A stretch of 64,000 bases of DNA from Candidatus Omnitrophota bacterium (GTDB lineage: Bacteria; Omnitrophota; Gorgyraeia; Gorgyraeales; Gorgyraeaceae), in the NCBI GenBank assembly GCA_043822665.1, contig JBDRBM010000050.1, positions 22,038-86,037 on the forward strand. The letters run 5' to 3'. Every line of letters begins with the position of its first letter. The first letter of the stretch is position 1. Below are positions 9,056 to 16,500 of this stretch, one piece after another. The translations under genes were made by a program, and so were the position numbers. Under the pieces are notes generated by a model, which did no database searches, was not told the origin of the DNA, and saw only the letters and a list, made by a program, of their open reading frames with translations.

Positions 9056-10248
9056 TATATTTTATTTTTTGCGCTTCCTTGTCTCAATCTTTCTGTTTTC
9101 TCCTGCGAAAGACGTATCAAATCCTGGCCATCCATGACCTTTTTGCCGGTATTACAATCTACGACTGCCATGCGTTCAGTACAGCAATAGCACGGGTCAA
9201 CAGCGGCAAGTATTATTGTCGCGTCAGAAATAGTTCCCCCTATTACCGCTTTTTTATTGGATGCTATATTTACATAGCTCGGTGCCCTGACTTTATGCCT
9301 CGCGGGGCTATTACCGCCATCTGACATTACATAATGAAACACCTCTCCTCTTGGCGCCTCATGCCTGCCTATGCCCTCTCCTGGAGGCATATCCTTTATA
9401 TTAAGGTCTATGGGCCCTTTTGGCATCTTATCAAGGCATTGCAATATTATATTGGCGGATTCATAGAGCTCTAATATCCTGACAACCGCCTTTGCGAATA
9501 CGTCTCCGCCTTCCTGTGTGATAACCTTCCATTCTACTTTGTCGTATGCCGCATATGGGTCGTCTTTTCTTACATCTATCATGACGCCGGATGCCCTTGC
9601 GGTAGGGCCTACGCACGCGTAATCATGGACGTCTTGCCTTGTTAATACTCCTACGCCCTCTGTTCTTGCCCTTATCACAGGATCATCTATAACAGCGCCT
9701 TTAAACATGTCAAACTTAGGTATCAGATCCTTTAATGTCTTTTTTATCCATGGGAAATCCGCCTCATCAAGGTCCCTTCTTACTCCGCCTGGTTTAAACA
9801 TAGCATAGTGATTTCTGTTTCCGGAAATTCTTTCAAATATATCTAGTATAGGTTCCCTATATCTCCATGCCCACATCCATACAGTATTATATCCCAAAAA
9901 ATGCCCGGCAAGCCCGAGCCATAGAAGATGGCTGTGTATCCTTTCAAGTTCTCCGATTATGGTCCGTATATAAAGCGCCCTTTCAGGCACTTCCATGCCT
10001 AAAATATCATCTATCGCATTAGTGTAGGCAAAGGGGTGTGATGTTGAGCATATACCGCAAATCCTTTCAACAAGAAACGTCACCTGGTCATAGCTTTTTG
10101 ACTCGGCTATCTTTTCTATCATCCTGTGGTTATACCCGATCTCTATGTCGATATCAACAACTGTCTCGCCGTCCACATGCAACCTGAAAAACTCAGGTTC
10201 TTCCTGCAGCGGGTGATATGGCCCTATTGGTATAATTTTATCTGACAT
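9055..10248 (-). CDS. Group 4 [NiFe]-hydrogenase large (catalytic) subunit, NuoD/HycE/MbhL-like.
   Basis: N-terminal RICGICSTSH (RxCGxC) and C-terminal DPCYCCTER (DPCxxCxxR) Ni-Fe ligand motifs. A 46-aa C-terminal extension follows the Arg-Met site, which is the kind of site a HycI protease cleaves. Confidence 0.9.
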   Translation of the reverse strand: MSDKIIPIGPYHPLQEEPEFFRLHVDGETVVDIDIEIGYNHRMIEKIAESKSYDQVTFLVERICGICSTSHPFAYTNAIDDILGMEVPERALYIRTIIGELERIHSHLLWLGLAGHFLGYNTVWMWAWRYREPILDIFERISGNRNHYAMFKPGGVRRDLDEADFPWIKKTLKDLIPKFDMFKGAVIDDPVIRARTEGVGVLTRQDVHDYACVGPTARASGVMIDVRKDDPYAAYDKVEWKVITQEGGDVFAKAVVRILELYESANIILQCLDKMPKGPIDLNIKDMPPGEGIGRHEAPRGEVFHYVMSDGGNSPARHKVRAPSYVNIASNKKAVIGGTISDATIILAAVDPCYCCTERMAVVDCNTGKKVMDGQDLIRLSQEKTERLRQGSAKNKI

Positions 10249-10311
10249 AACGTAGCTTTCGGCTGTCAGCTATCAGCTATCAGCTTAGTGCTGATGGCTG
10301 AGGACTGATGG

Positions 10312-10749
10312 CTATTGCTGGTCTCTCCTCAAAGGATAATTCCCCTCTGGCCAGTCATCTTTCAAAAGTAAATGCTTTAAATTTGGGTGCCCCTTGAAAT
10401 CCACACCAAACATCTCATGTATCTCACGCTCTATCCACTCAGCGCATTTCATTATAGAAGCAAGGCTCTCTATTTCAAGGCCTGGTTTTTCTATAATAAC
10501 TCTCAGGGTGATTATAAGCCCAATTTCATCTATTGAGAAATGATAGAGTATTTCAATGGCATTCCTTGTGTCAACTCCTGACGCGGTAACAAACCTGGCT
10601 TTTACCTCGTTAAAAAGATATCTTACTATCTTTGGCAGGGCTTCTCTTTTTATAGTAAAATAAGTTCTGCGCTTTGATCTGTCAACAAAATCCACAAGGT
10701 CTTTACCTGAACGCACCTTTATATTTTCTATTATCTGTGTTTTTTTCAT
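10312..10749 (-). CDS. NuoC-like (30-kDa) hydrogenase subunit.
   Basis: 145 aa. The conserved E…HEMFGV…GHP…LLL block of NuoC/HycE N-domain/MbhK is present. Confidence 0.8.
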   Translation of the reverse strand: MKKTQIIENIKVRSGKDLVDFVDRSKRRTYFTIKREALPKIVRYLFNEVKARFVTASGVDTRNAIEILYHFSIDEIGLIITLRVIIEKPGLEIESLASIMKCAEWIEREIHEMFGVDFKGHPNLKHLLLKDDWPEGNYPLRRDQQ

Positions 10750-10798
10750 TTATTCTCTTTGGCGCTGTAGGGCAGGTTTAAACCTGCCCTGCCTATTC

Positions 10799-11224
10799 TC
10801 AGCCTTTGCCTTGAAGTTTTTTTATCAATTTTACTATTGCCGCTATCATTGCCTCTGGTTTTGGAGGGCATCCTGGGATATACGCGTCGACCGGTAGAAC
10901 TGAATCTACCGGATTAGGCGTATTTGGCCCTTTCGCGAATATGCCCTGCCCGCACGCGCACGCGCCTATAGCTATGACAACGCACGGTTTCGGGGCCTGT
11001 TCATAGATCCTTTTTATCCTTGGCATAGTCTTTAAATTCAGGGCGCCTGTAACAAGAATCGCGTCAGCATGCCTTATGCTTCCGACCAGAGTTATACCAA
11101 ACCTCTCAACATCAAACCTAGGAGTCAAAAGGTCAAGGATTTCTATGTCACAGTTATTACAACTGCCTGTTGACATATGATAAACCCAGATAGATTTGGT
11201 TAATGCCTTTAGCTTGAGACTCAT
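10799..11224 (-). CDS. NuoB-like hydrogenase small subunit (proximal 4Fe-4S).
   Basis: CxxC…GxCxxxG…GCPP cysteine pattern (…GACACGQGIF…YIPGCPPKPE…). Confidence 0.85.
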   Translation of the reverse strand: MSLKLKALTKSIWVYHMSTGSCNNCDIEILDLLTPRFDVERFGITLVGSIRHADAILVTGALNLKTMPRIKRIYEQAPKPCVVIAIGACACGQGIFAKGPNTPNPVDSVLPVDAYIPGCPPKPEAMIAAIVKLIKKLQGKG

Positions 11225-11239
11225 TAGATATTACCTCAC

Positions 11240-12146
11240 TTACATGCCTAACATTGCGAGCAATGCCGCTATTATAGCCAAAGAGGTCATTTTTCCCCAG
11301 AAAAATCTAAGCGCCTGGTCAATTCTGACCCTTGGATTTGTATTCCTGATAAGGATTATTATAACCAGTAAAATTATGTATTTCCAGACATTAAATCCGC
11401 CCCAGAATATTGAAGTCAAAAATACAGGCAACGCAACCATCATAATGGCCTTTGTAAGCTTTAAAACAGCTAAGAGGATGCCTGAGTATTCTATATATAT
11501 GCCGCCCATTATCTCTGTCTCTGCCTCTGCCATATCAAAAGGCACTAGGCCAAGTTTTGCCTGCATACAAAATATAGCCACCAATGTAGCGAGTATGCCT
11601 GAAATATTCCAGGCAAACGCCCCATTTATTATCTGATATGCTATAATATCCGTTATTCTTAAAAGGCCTCCGCTTTTAATAATAGGCACTGTAATACAAA
11701 CTATAAAAGGTAATTCATAGGCCAATATCAACTTTATTTCTCTTGATACACCAAGAGACGCCAGAGGATTTCCGCTCGCGGAAGAACCTAATATAAGAGC
11801 AATGGCCGGCACTGTCATTAAATATAAAACTACTATAATATCCCCTGTGAAACCACCCGCGCCTAATTTTATATTGGCCTGCCATATAAAGGTAGAGGCC
11901 AGGACAACAGCGCTAAGGCCAAAAAGAGGGGCTAAAAGAAAAACTGCCTTTTGGGCATTCTTTGGTATAGTAATTTCTTTTATGCTCAATTTAACAAGAT
12001 CCATAAGAGGCTGGTACCAAGGCGGCCCTACCCTCCACTGCACGCGAGCTGTAACCTTGCGATCTATCCAGCTTGCCACAAGGCCTATCGCGGCTGTAAA
12101 TAAGAAACCCGGAAATATTATAAAATCAAATAGATATTTAAGCATA
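11240..12146 (-). CDS. NuoH/HycD/MbhM-like membrane anchor subunit.
   Basis: Polytopic NuoH-family sequence. The ORF track starts at 12169 (TTG), but an in-frame ATG at 12146 (MLKYLFDF…) is the more plausible start. Confidence 0.8.
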
Positions 12147-12245
12147 AACTTTAAAACCCTAAATCCCAAACTCTAAATCCTAAACAAACCCTAAACCCCA
12201 AATCCCAAACCCAAAACTTTTCTTTAGAGTTTAGGGTTTCTCATT

Positions 12246-12728
12246 CTAAGGATGATACTTCTTCCACGGCTTAGCATGCACCGCTATATTCTTGCTTATT
12301 AAAAATATGTCGTCTTTTTCTGATTCTTCTATTTCTATAAATTTTATCGCGCCGCTTATAGAACATGTCTTTGAACATAGAGGATCATCATTGTCGCATC
12401 TGTCTATGCACGCATCGCATCCAGACACGATATACGGCACTGTATCTACAGGTATAGCTCCAAAGGGGCACGCCAGGCTGCAAGACTTACAGGATATACA
12501 GCGCATGGTATAACGCTTTACAACTCCGTCAGGCTGTTTTTCCAGAGCCTCTTTTGGACAGGCGCTTACGCATGGGGCTTCCTCGCATTTCCTGCATATA
12601 TAAAGATACTGGCCCATTTCTCTCAGACGTGTAATTCCTGAATTCTCAGGGTGATAATAATAACTGCATTCCGCCGTAGGAGTTTCGCGGCTATATAATT
12701 TTTCTAAATCTATAAATAGTCTCTTCAT
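12246..12728 (-). CDS. HycB/HydN-like poly-ferredoxin electron-transfer subunit.
   Basis: Three Cys clusters (CRKCEEAPCVSACP, CISCKSCSLACP, CDACIDRCDN…C). It sits between the NAD(P)H module and the hydrogenase core. Confidence 0.6.
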   Translation of the reverse strand: MKRLFIDLEKLYSRETPTAECSYYYHPENSGITRLREMGQYLYICRKCEEAPCVSACPKEALEKQPDGVVKRYTMRCISCKSCSLACPFGAIPVDTVPYIVSGCDACIDRCDNDDPLCSKTCSISGAIKFIEIEESEKDDIFLISKNIAVHAKPWKKYHP

Positions 12729-12803
12729 ATTTTTAGCTTTAAGCTATAAGAAAAAGATTTCGGTATATTTTGTTTTAAAAAAACTTAAAGCTTATAGCTG
12801 TTT

Positions 12804-13628
12804 TCAATCCCAGATTTCGTGTATATTATTTATCTTGTCATATCTAAATACCGGGCCGTCTTTACACGCGTAAAAATTTCCTATCCTGCAATGGCCGCAT
12901 TTACCTATGCCACAGCTCATGTTTTTTTCCATTGACAGATAAATCTGCTCGTTCTTATAACCTACCTCAAGCAGTTTAAACGTAGTAAATTTCATCATTA
13001 TAGGAGGGCCGCATACAATAACAACGCTATTTTTTAGATCTATCTTCAAATTATCCAGAGTCGTAGTGACAAGTCCAACATTGCCTTTCCAATCGTCGTC
13101 TTTTTTATCCACTGTAATTCTGAAATTTACTTTTTTGCTAATCTTCTGCCATTCATCCAGTACGCGGTCTTTATATATGATGTCGGAAGGTGTCCTTGAG
13201 CCACAGCAGAATAATATAGCTTTATATCTATCAAGATCATGAACCAGCGCTAAAAATAACGCCCTTAATGGCGCAAGCCCTACACCCCCTCCTACCAGGA
13301 GGATTTCTTTTCCCTCAAACTCAGAAAGAGGGTACTCGTTGCCATATGGCCCTCTCAAGCCTACTATATCCCCTTTTTTCAATTCATGGATCCTTGCTGT
13401 CACCCTGCCTGCTTTCATGACGCTGATCTCAAGTTTGCTTTTTTCATACGGAGAAGAAGACGGCGTAAAAGGCGCCTCTCCTACGCCTGGTATGGTCATC
13501 TCAATAAACTGGCCTGCCTTAAAATGCAGCGGCTTCTCAGGCTTTAAGGAAATGGTCTTAATAGTAGGGCTTTCTTCAGTAACCCTGACTACTTCTGTCT
13601 TTATTGGAGCGTATGGGTTATCTATCAT
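12804..13628 (-). CDS. FAD/NAD(P)-binding oxidoreductase subunit with C-terminal [2Fe-2S] (sulfhydrogenase gamma HydG / AsrB-like).
   Basis: Ferredoxin-NADP reductase fold motifs (LLVGGGVGLAPL, GSRTP) and C-terminal CGIGKCGHCRIG…C cluster. A 4-nt overlap (ATGA) couples it to the upstream gene. Confidence 0.75.
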   Translation of the reverse strand: MIDNPYAPIKTEVVRVTEESPTIKTISLKPEKPLHFKAGQFIEMTIPGVGEAPFTPSSSPYEKSKLEISVMKAGRVTARIHELKKGDIVGLRGPYGNEYPLSEFEGKEILLVGGGVGLAPLRALFLALVHDLDRYKAILFCCGSRTPSDIIYKDRVLDEWQKISKKVNFRITVDKKDDDWKGNVGLVTTTLDNLKIDLKNSVVIVCGPPIMMKFTTFKLLEVGYKNEQIYLSMEKNMSCGIGKCGHCRIGNFYACKDGPVFRYDKINNIHEIWD

Positions 13629-14650
13629 GATTGAAATTTACTCAGCACCTCATCGATGCGTATCTTTCCGGGACATGCCTCGCTGCACCTTCCACAGCCA
13701 GTACAGCCGAATTTCCCTATAACATTAGGAAAGAAATTAAATTTTTTATCAAAGCGATTGCGCAGCCGCGAGGCTAAGAGCTTCCTGGGATTTGCCCCTC
13801 CCGCCACCATTGCGAAAGAAAATAAAAGACACGAATCCCATAATCTCAATCTTTCAAAATTACCGTCTTTTCCCTGATCTTTTAACACAAAACAGTGGCA
13901 TGCCGGGCATATCACATTACAGGCGCCGCACTCAACACAGGTCTTGACGGTCTCCTCCCATAAGCCTGAGTCGAATTTTTTCTTGAAAAGAGGCTGTATT
14001 GAATCTTTCTCGGGAATATTTTTATTTTTTACATGCTCAAAAAGTTCTTCTTTTAGCCTTTTTCTATTCTCTTCTCTTTTATCTTTATAAAGTCCAGCTC
14101 CCTGAAAAAGCTTAAAGTGCTCTTTTGTTAGTTTTTCTCCCTTTTCAGAACCCACATCTACCACATATCCGCTCTCTATTTCAGAAAGATTGATGTCGAA
14201 GTCTTCTGTCGGGTACGGCATTATACCCAGGGCAACACAAAAACAGCTTTGCCCATAACAAGCGCAATCACTCGAAATTATAAGGCCTTCTTCTCTCCTC
14301 TGGATATAAAAAGGATCTTTAAGGGAATCCTGCCTGAATACGTAATCCATTATTTTTAACGAAGCTAAATCACATGACTTGGCGCCTAAGATTGCTGCTG
14401 GCCTGATTTTTTTACCCGGGAGGTCTTCTGAAAAATAATCGCTTACCTTTGTGCGGACAGGGAGGAAAAAACTCTTTATGCTTTGGACAGGCCTTATCTC
14501 TCCGAGAATAGCCTCACCCAACCCCTCATCTCCCACCTTTTTATAATACCTGTGGTCGCCCGACTTTACAGGCGCATAGGCCTTGTATGTCCTGGAAAGA
14601 GCTTTTACGAATCTATCCAGGTTGGGCCTATTGATAAAGTAAGTATCCAA
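13625..14650 (-). CDS. Fe-S subunit (sulfhydrogenase beta HydB / AsrA-like).
   Basis: CVECGACNVICPACHC and FGCTGCGRCSEACP motifs, paired with the HydG-like gene. It is the first gene of the operon. Confidence 0.7.
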   Translation of the reverse strand: MDTYFINRPNLDRFVKALSRTYKAYAPVKSGDHRYYKKVGDEGLGEAILGEIRPVQSIKSFFLPVRTKVSDYFSEDLPGKKIRPAAILGAKSCDLASLKIMDYVFRQDSLKDPFYIQRREEGLIISSDCACYGQSCFCVALGIMPYPTEDFDINLSEIESGYVVDVGSEKGEKLTKEHFKLFQGAGLYKDKREENRKRLKEELFEHVKNKNIPEKDSIQPLFKKKFDSGLWEETVKTCVECGACNVICPACHCFVLKDQGKDGNFERLRLWDSCLLFSFAMVAGGANPRKLLASRLRNRFDKKFNFFPNVIGKFGCTGCGRCSEACPGKIRIDEVLSKFQS

Positions 14651-14669
14651 GAAAATTAACCTCTGGAAT

Positions 14670-14699
14670 CAAAGTTTGTGAAAATTATCACAAACTTTG
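14670..14699. promoter_or_regulatory. CRP/FNR-family type operator: perfect 12-bp inverted repeat caaagtTTGTGAaaattaTCACAAactttg.
   Basis: TGTGA-N6-TCACA core with 12-bp arms. It lies between the predicted -10 box and the start codon of the hydrogenase operon, i.e. in the 5' UTR. Confidence 0.55.
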
Positions 14700-14726
14700 A
14701 AAAAAATAAAAAATAACTTCTTTTTG

Positions 14727-14755
14727 ACTATAATACAAAGATCTTTTTATGTCAA
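14727..14755 (-). promoter_or_regulatory. Sigma70-like promoter (TTGACA-17 bp-TATAGT) for the hydrogenase operon.
   Basis: Read on the minus strand, TTGACA lies at ~14755-14750 and TATAGT at ~14732-14727, 17 bp apart. This is ~75 nt upstream of the hydB-like start codon. Confidence 0.5.
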
Positions 14756-14784
14756 GGGGTTTTTACTGGAAACTAAGTCAAGTT

Positions 14785-14880
14785 AAGCAGCATAAGATGC
14801 CGCGGCTACAGTTTAGGCTGTAGTTGCAGCGCCTTGCGCTGCTTGTAAAAAGAAAATTCCTATACTATACTATCAAGTTA
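14785..14880. repeat. Composite dispersed repeat, copy 2 (A+E).
   Basis: Near-identical to copy 1 (~90% over 60 nt), followed by AAAGAAAATTCCTATACTATACTATCAAGTTAAGC. Confidence 0.7.
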
Positions 14881-14881
14881 A

Positions 14882-14921
14882 GCACATTAGTAGGGGACCC
14901 TTAAGGGTCCCCTACTAATGT
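14882..14921. repeat. Perfect 40-bp palindrome CACATTAGTAGGGGACCCTT|AAGGGTCCCCTACTAATGTG.
   Basis: Perfect 20-bp arms with no spacer. Member of a 3-copy family sharing the GACCCTTAAGGGTC core. Confidence 0.75.
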
Positions 14922-14927
14922 GTGCCT

Positions 14928-14960
14928 ACAAAAAGGAATTTCCTACTATATCAAGTTACG
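14928..14960. repeat. E-type repeat (AAAAAGGAATTTCCTACTATATCAAGTTA) immediately 3' of the NIL-ferredoxin gene stop codon.
   Basis: Shares ~25/28 nt with the copies at 14849, 54047 and 62571. Confidence 0.6.
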
Positions 14961-14966
14961 CGCTTA

Positions 14967-15374
14967 TTAAAAGTGTAACTCCATGGCCCGAGGCGGACAG
15001 GCCTTTATGCACAATTCACACGCAATACACTTATCATTGTAAAAAAGCACCTTGCGCGTAGCGGGTTCTATTACAAGGGCCTCGGTCGGGCATATTGGCA
15101 CACACGCGCCGCAATGGGTACACTTTGACTCGTTTCTCTTTATATCCTTTGAAAGAGGTTGAACTGTCACGCCTATTGATTTCGCGTATTTAATTGCCTT
15201 GTCAAAATTCTTTTGTTCTCCAGTCAGCTCAAGAACCAATAATCCCTCTTCCCTTGGCGTAACATATGCCTTAAGTATATTGAACTGAAGGTCAAAGTCC
15301 TTTACCATTTTGTATACTATGGGCTGGTCAACGAGTCTGTGCGGAAATTTTAGAACAATTCGCCTGGATACCAC
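14967..15374 (-). CDS. NIL-domain / 2x[4Fe-4S] ferredoxin.
   Basis: N-terminal NIL domain (…DFDLQFNILKAYV…) fused to CTHCGACVPICP and CIACELCIKACP motifs. The start is GTG per the ORF track; it overlaps the upstream gene by 47 nt. Confidence 0.7.
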   Translation of the reverse strand: MVSRRIVLKFPHRLVDQPIVYKMVKDFDLQFNILKAYVTPREEGLLVLELTGEQKNFDKAIKYAKSIGVTVQPLSKDIKRNESKCTHCGACVPICPTEALVIEPATRKVLFYNDKCIACELCIKACPPRAMELHF

Positions 15375-16119
15375 AGCTGCCTCCGTCTAATATTATATCT
15401 CCCCTCACCCCAAAATCCCTGCCGTAAATGATCAGCGCGCCCTTGATACCTTTTATAGAAACAGCGAAATTAAGAGCGGCCTTAATATCCTCGGCTTTTT
15501 TTACCCTATTACAAGCAGCTGTCGCGACAGCATCAGCCAAAGATGTGGATTTAGATATTATAACACAGGCATCGGCATTTCCAAAGCTTAAAGAATGGCC
15601 TACTGTACCAGACGAAGTACAGATACCGAGCGGTGTTTCTTCCGGTTTTATCTTTATAAAAATTTTATTAGTTAGAGGGGATTCTCCCGCATAAATGGCT
15701 ATGGTTCGTTCGATTTCAGTTCTTATAAAAATATCCCCTCCGTTTTCTACTATTACTTCTTTTGTGCTTTCCAGGAGAGTTTTTCCGACAAATTCAGCTA
15801 TCGCGCCAGCAACACTGGCCATGGGGCCAACTCCTGCCAGCGCAGACGAACGCGTCATTTCCTTTATGATATCTGAGGAATCAGGATCTAGCTTTAGAGG
15901 CTTAAGGCTCGTTTCAAAATCAGCACGTGTCTTTATGTAATCCTCTATCTGGCCCCTGTATTTTTTAACCAAATCCTCGGCAATCCCGCTTACATCTTTT
16001 CCGGCAGAGACAAAAAGATCAGTTTCCCCTACTATAACCTCACGCGTAATAAGGCCTTTCGCCTTAACCCATTTCCTGTAAAATCTTTTTTGGTAAGCCA
16101 TGTCAGGCCTTGACCTCAC
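15328..16119 (-). CDS. UPF0280-family (ApbE-like superfamily) protein.
   Basis: 263 aa. Resemblance to UPF0280 proteins (…GVGPMASVAGAIAEFVG…); low-confidence family assignment. It sits between hypA and the NIL ferredoxin. Confidence 0.45.
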   Translation of the reverse strand: MRSRPDMAYQKRFYRKWVKAKGLITREVIVGETDLFVSAGKDVSGIAEDLVKKYRGQIEDYIKTRADFETSLKPLKLDPDSSDIIKEMTRSSALAGVGPMASVAGAIAEFVGKTLLESTKEVIVENGGDIFIRTEIERTIAIYAGESPLTNKIFIKIKPEETPLGICTSSGTVGHSLSFGNADACVIISKSTSLADAVATAACNRVKKAEDIKAALNFAVSIKGIKGALIIYGRDFGVRGDIILDGGSCGIQANCSKISAQTR

Positions 16120-16456
16120 TAACTTCTATGGACTCTACATAAACCCCGGAACCTGAGATAATATCATTTACCTTGCTTGCGCAGCGTGGACAGCCCGCGA
16201 TTCCCTCTTCAGCTGAAAATTCATTCTCGCAGTTTCCGCACTTGAATCTTGCCTCTATCTTTTTAAAATTTAACGTGGCTTCTTCAAGTAAAGTCCCTTT
16301 TATCCGCTCCATGAAATGAAACTTAAAATGTTCCACTGTTACATGTTCCAGTTCGCCTATGCATATATTAACAACCTTGACCTTTGAATCCTTTAAGGCC
16401 TTGAGTCTGTCTTTTATTGTGCGAACAATATCATCAACCAGTCCAATTTCATGCAT
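16103..16456 (-). CDS. hypA: Hydrogenase nickel-incorporation protein HypA.
   Basis: Begins MHEIGL. The zinc site has two CxxC pairs (CGNC…CPRC). 117 aa. Confidence 0.85.
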   Translation of the reverse strand: MHEIGLVDDIVRTIKDRLKALKDSKVKVVNICIGELEHVTVEHFKFHFMERIKGTLLEEATLNFKKIEARFKCGNCENEFSAEEGIAGCPRCASKVNDIISGSGVYVESIEVSEVKA

Positions 16457-16500
16457 CTATGTATCTCCTGTTTAGGCAATTGGTCTTTTGAAATAAGGCA

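Noticed and set aside
12147-12245. CCCTAAA repeats as a telomere.
   Set aside because: This is an internal, short (~10 degenerate units), intercistronic tract inside a bacterial operon, not at a replicon end. It is reported only as low-complexity spacer.
12804-14650. The HydB/HydG-like pair as a stand-alone anaerobic sulfite reductase (asrAB).
   Set aside because: No asrC (siroheme subunit) is present. The genes are co-directional and overlapping (ATGA) with each other, and are followed within 75 nt by the ferredoxin gene and the hydrogenase core, all downstream of a single promoter.
14967-15374. Possible frameshifts in the NIL ferredoxin and hydB-like starts: my by-eye re-translation of the text around 14640, 14967 and 15300 was off by one.
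   Set aside because: The provided ORF track gives uninterrupted ORFs of the correct length. The discrepancies are single-base reading errors on my part at line boundaries and are not treated as pseudogenes. Non-CDS coordinates nearby may be off by 1-2 nt.
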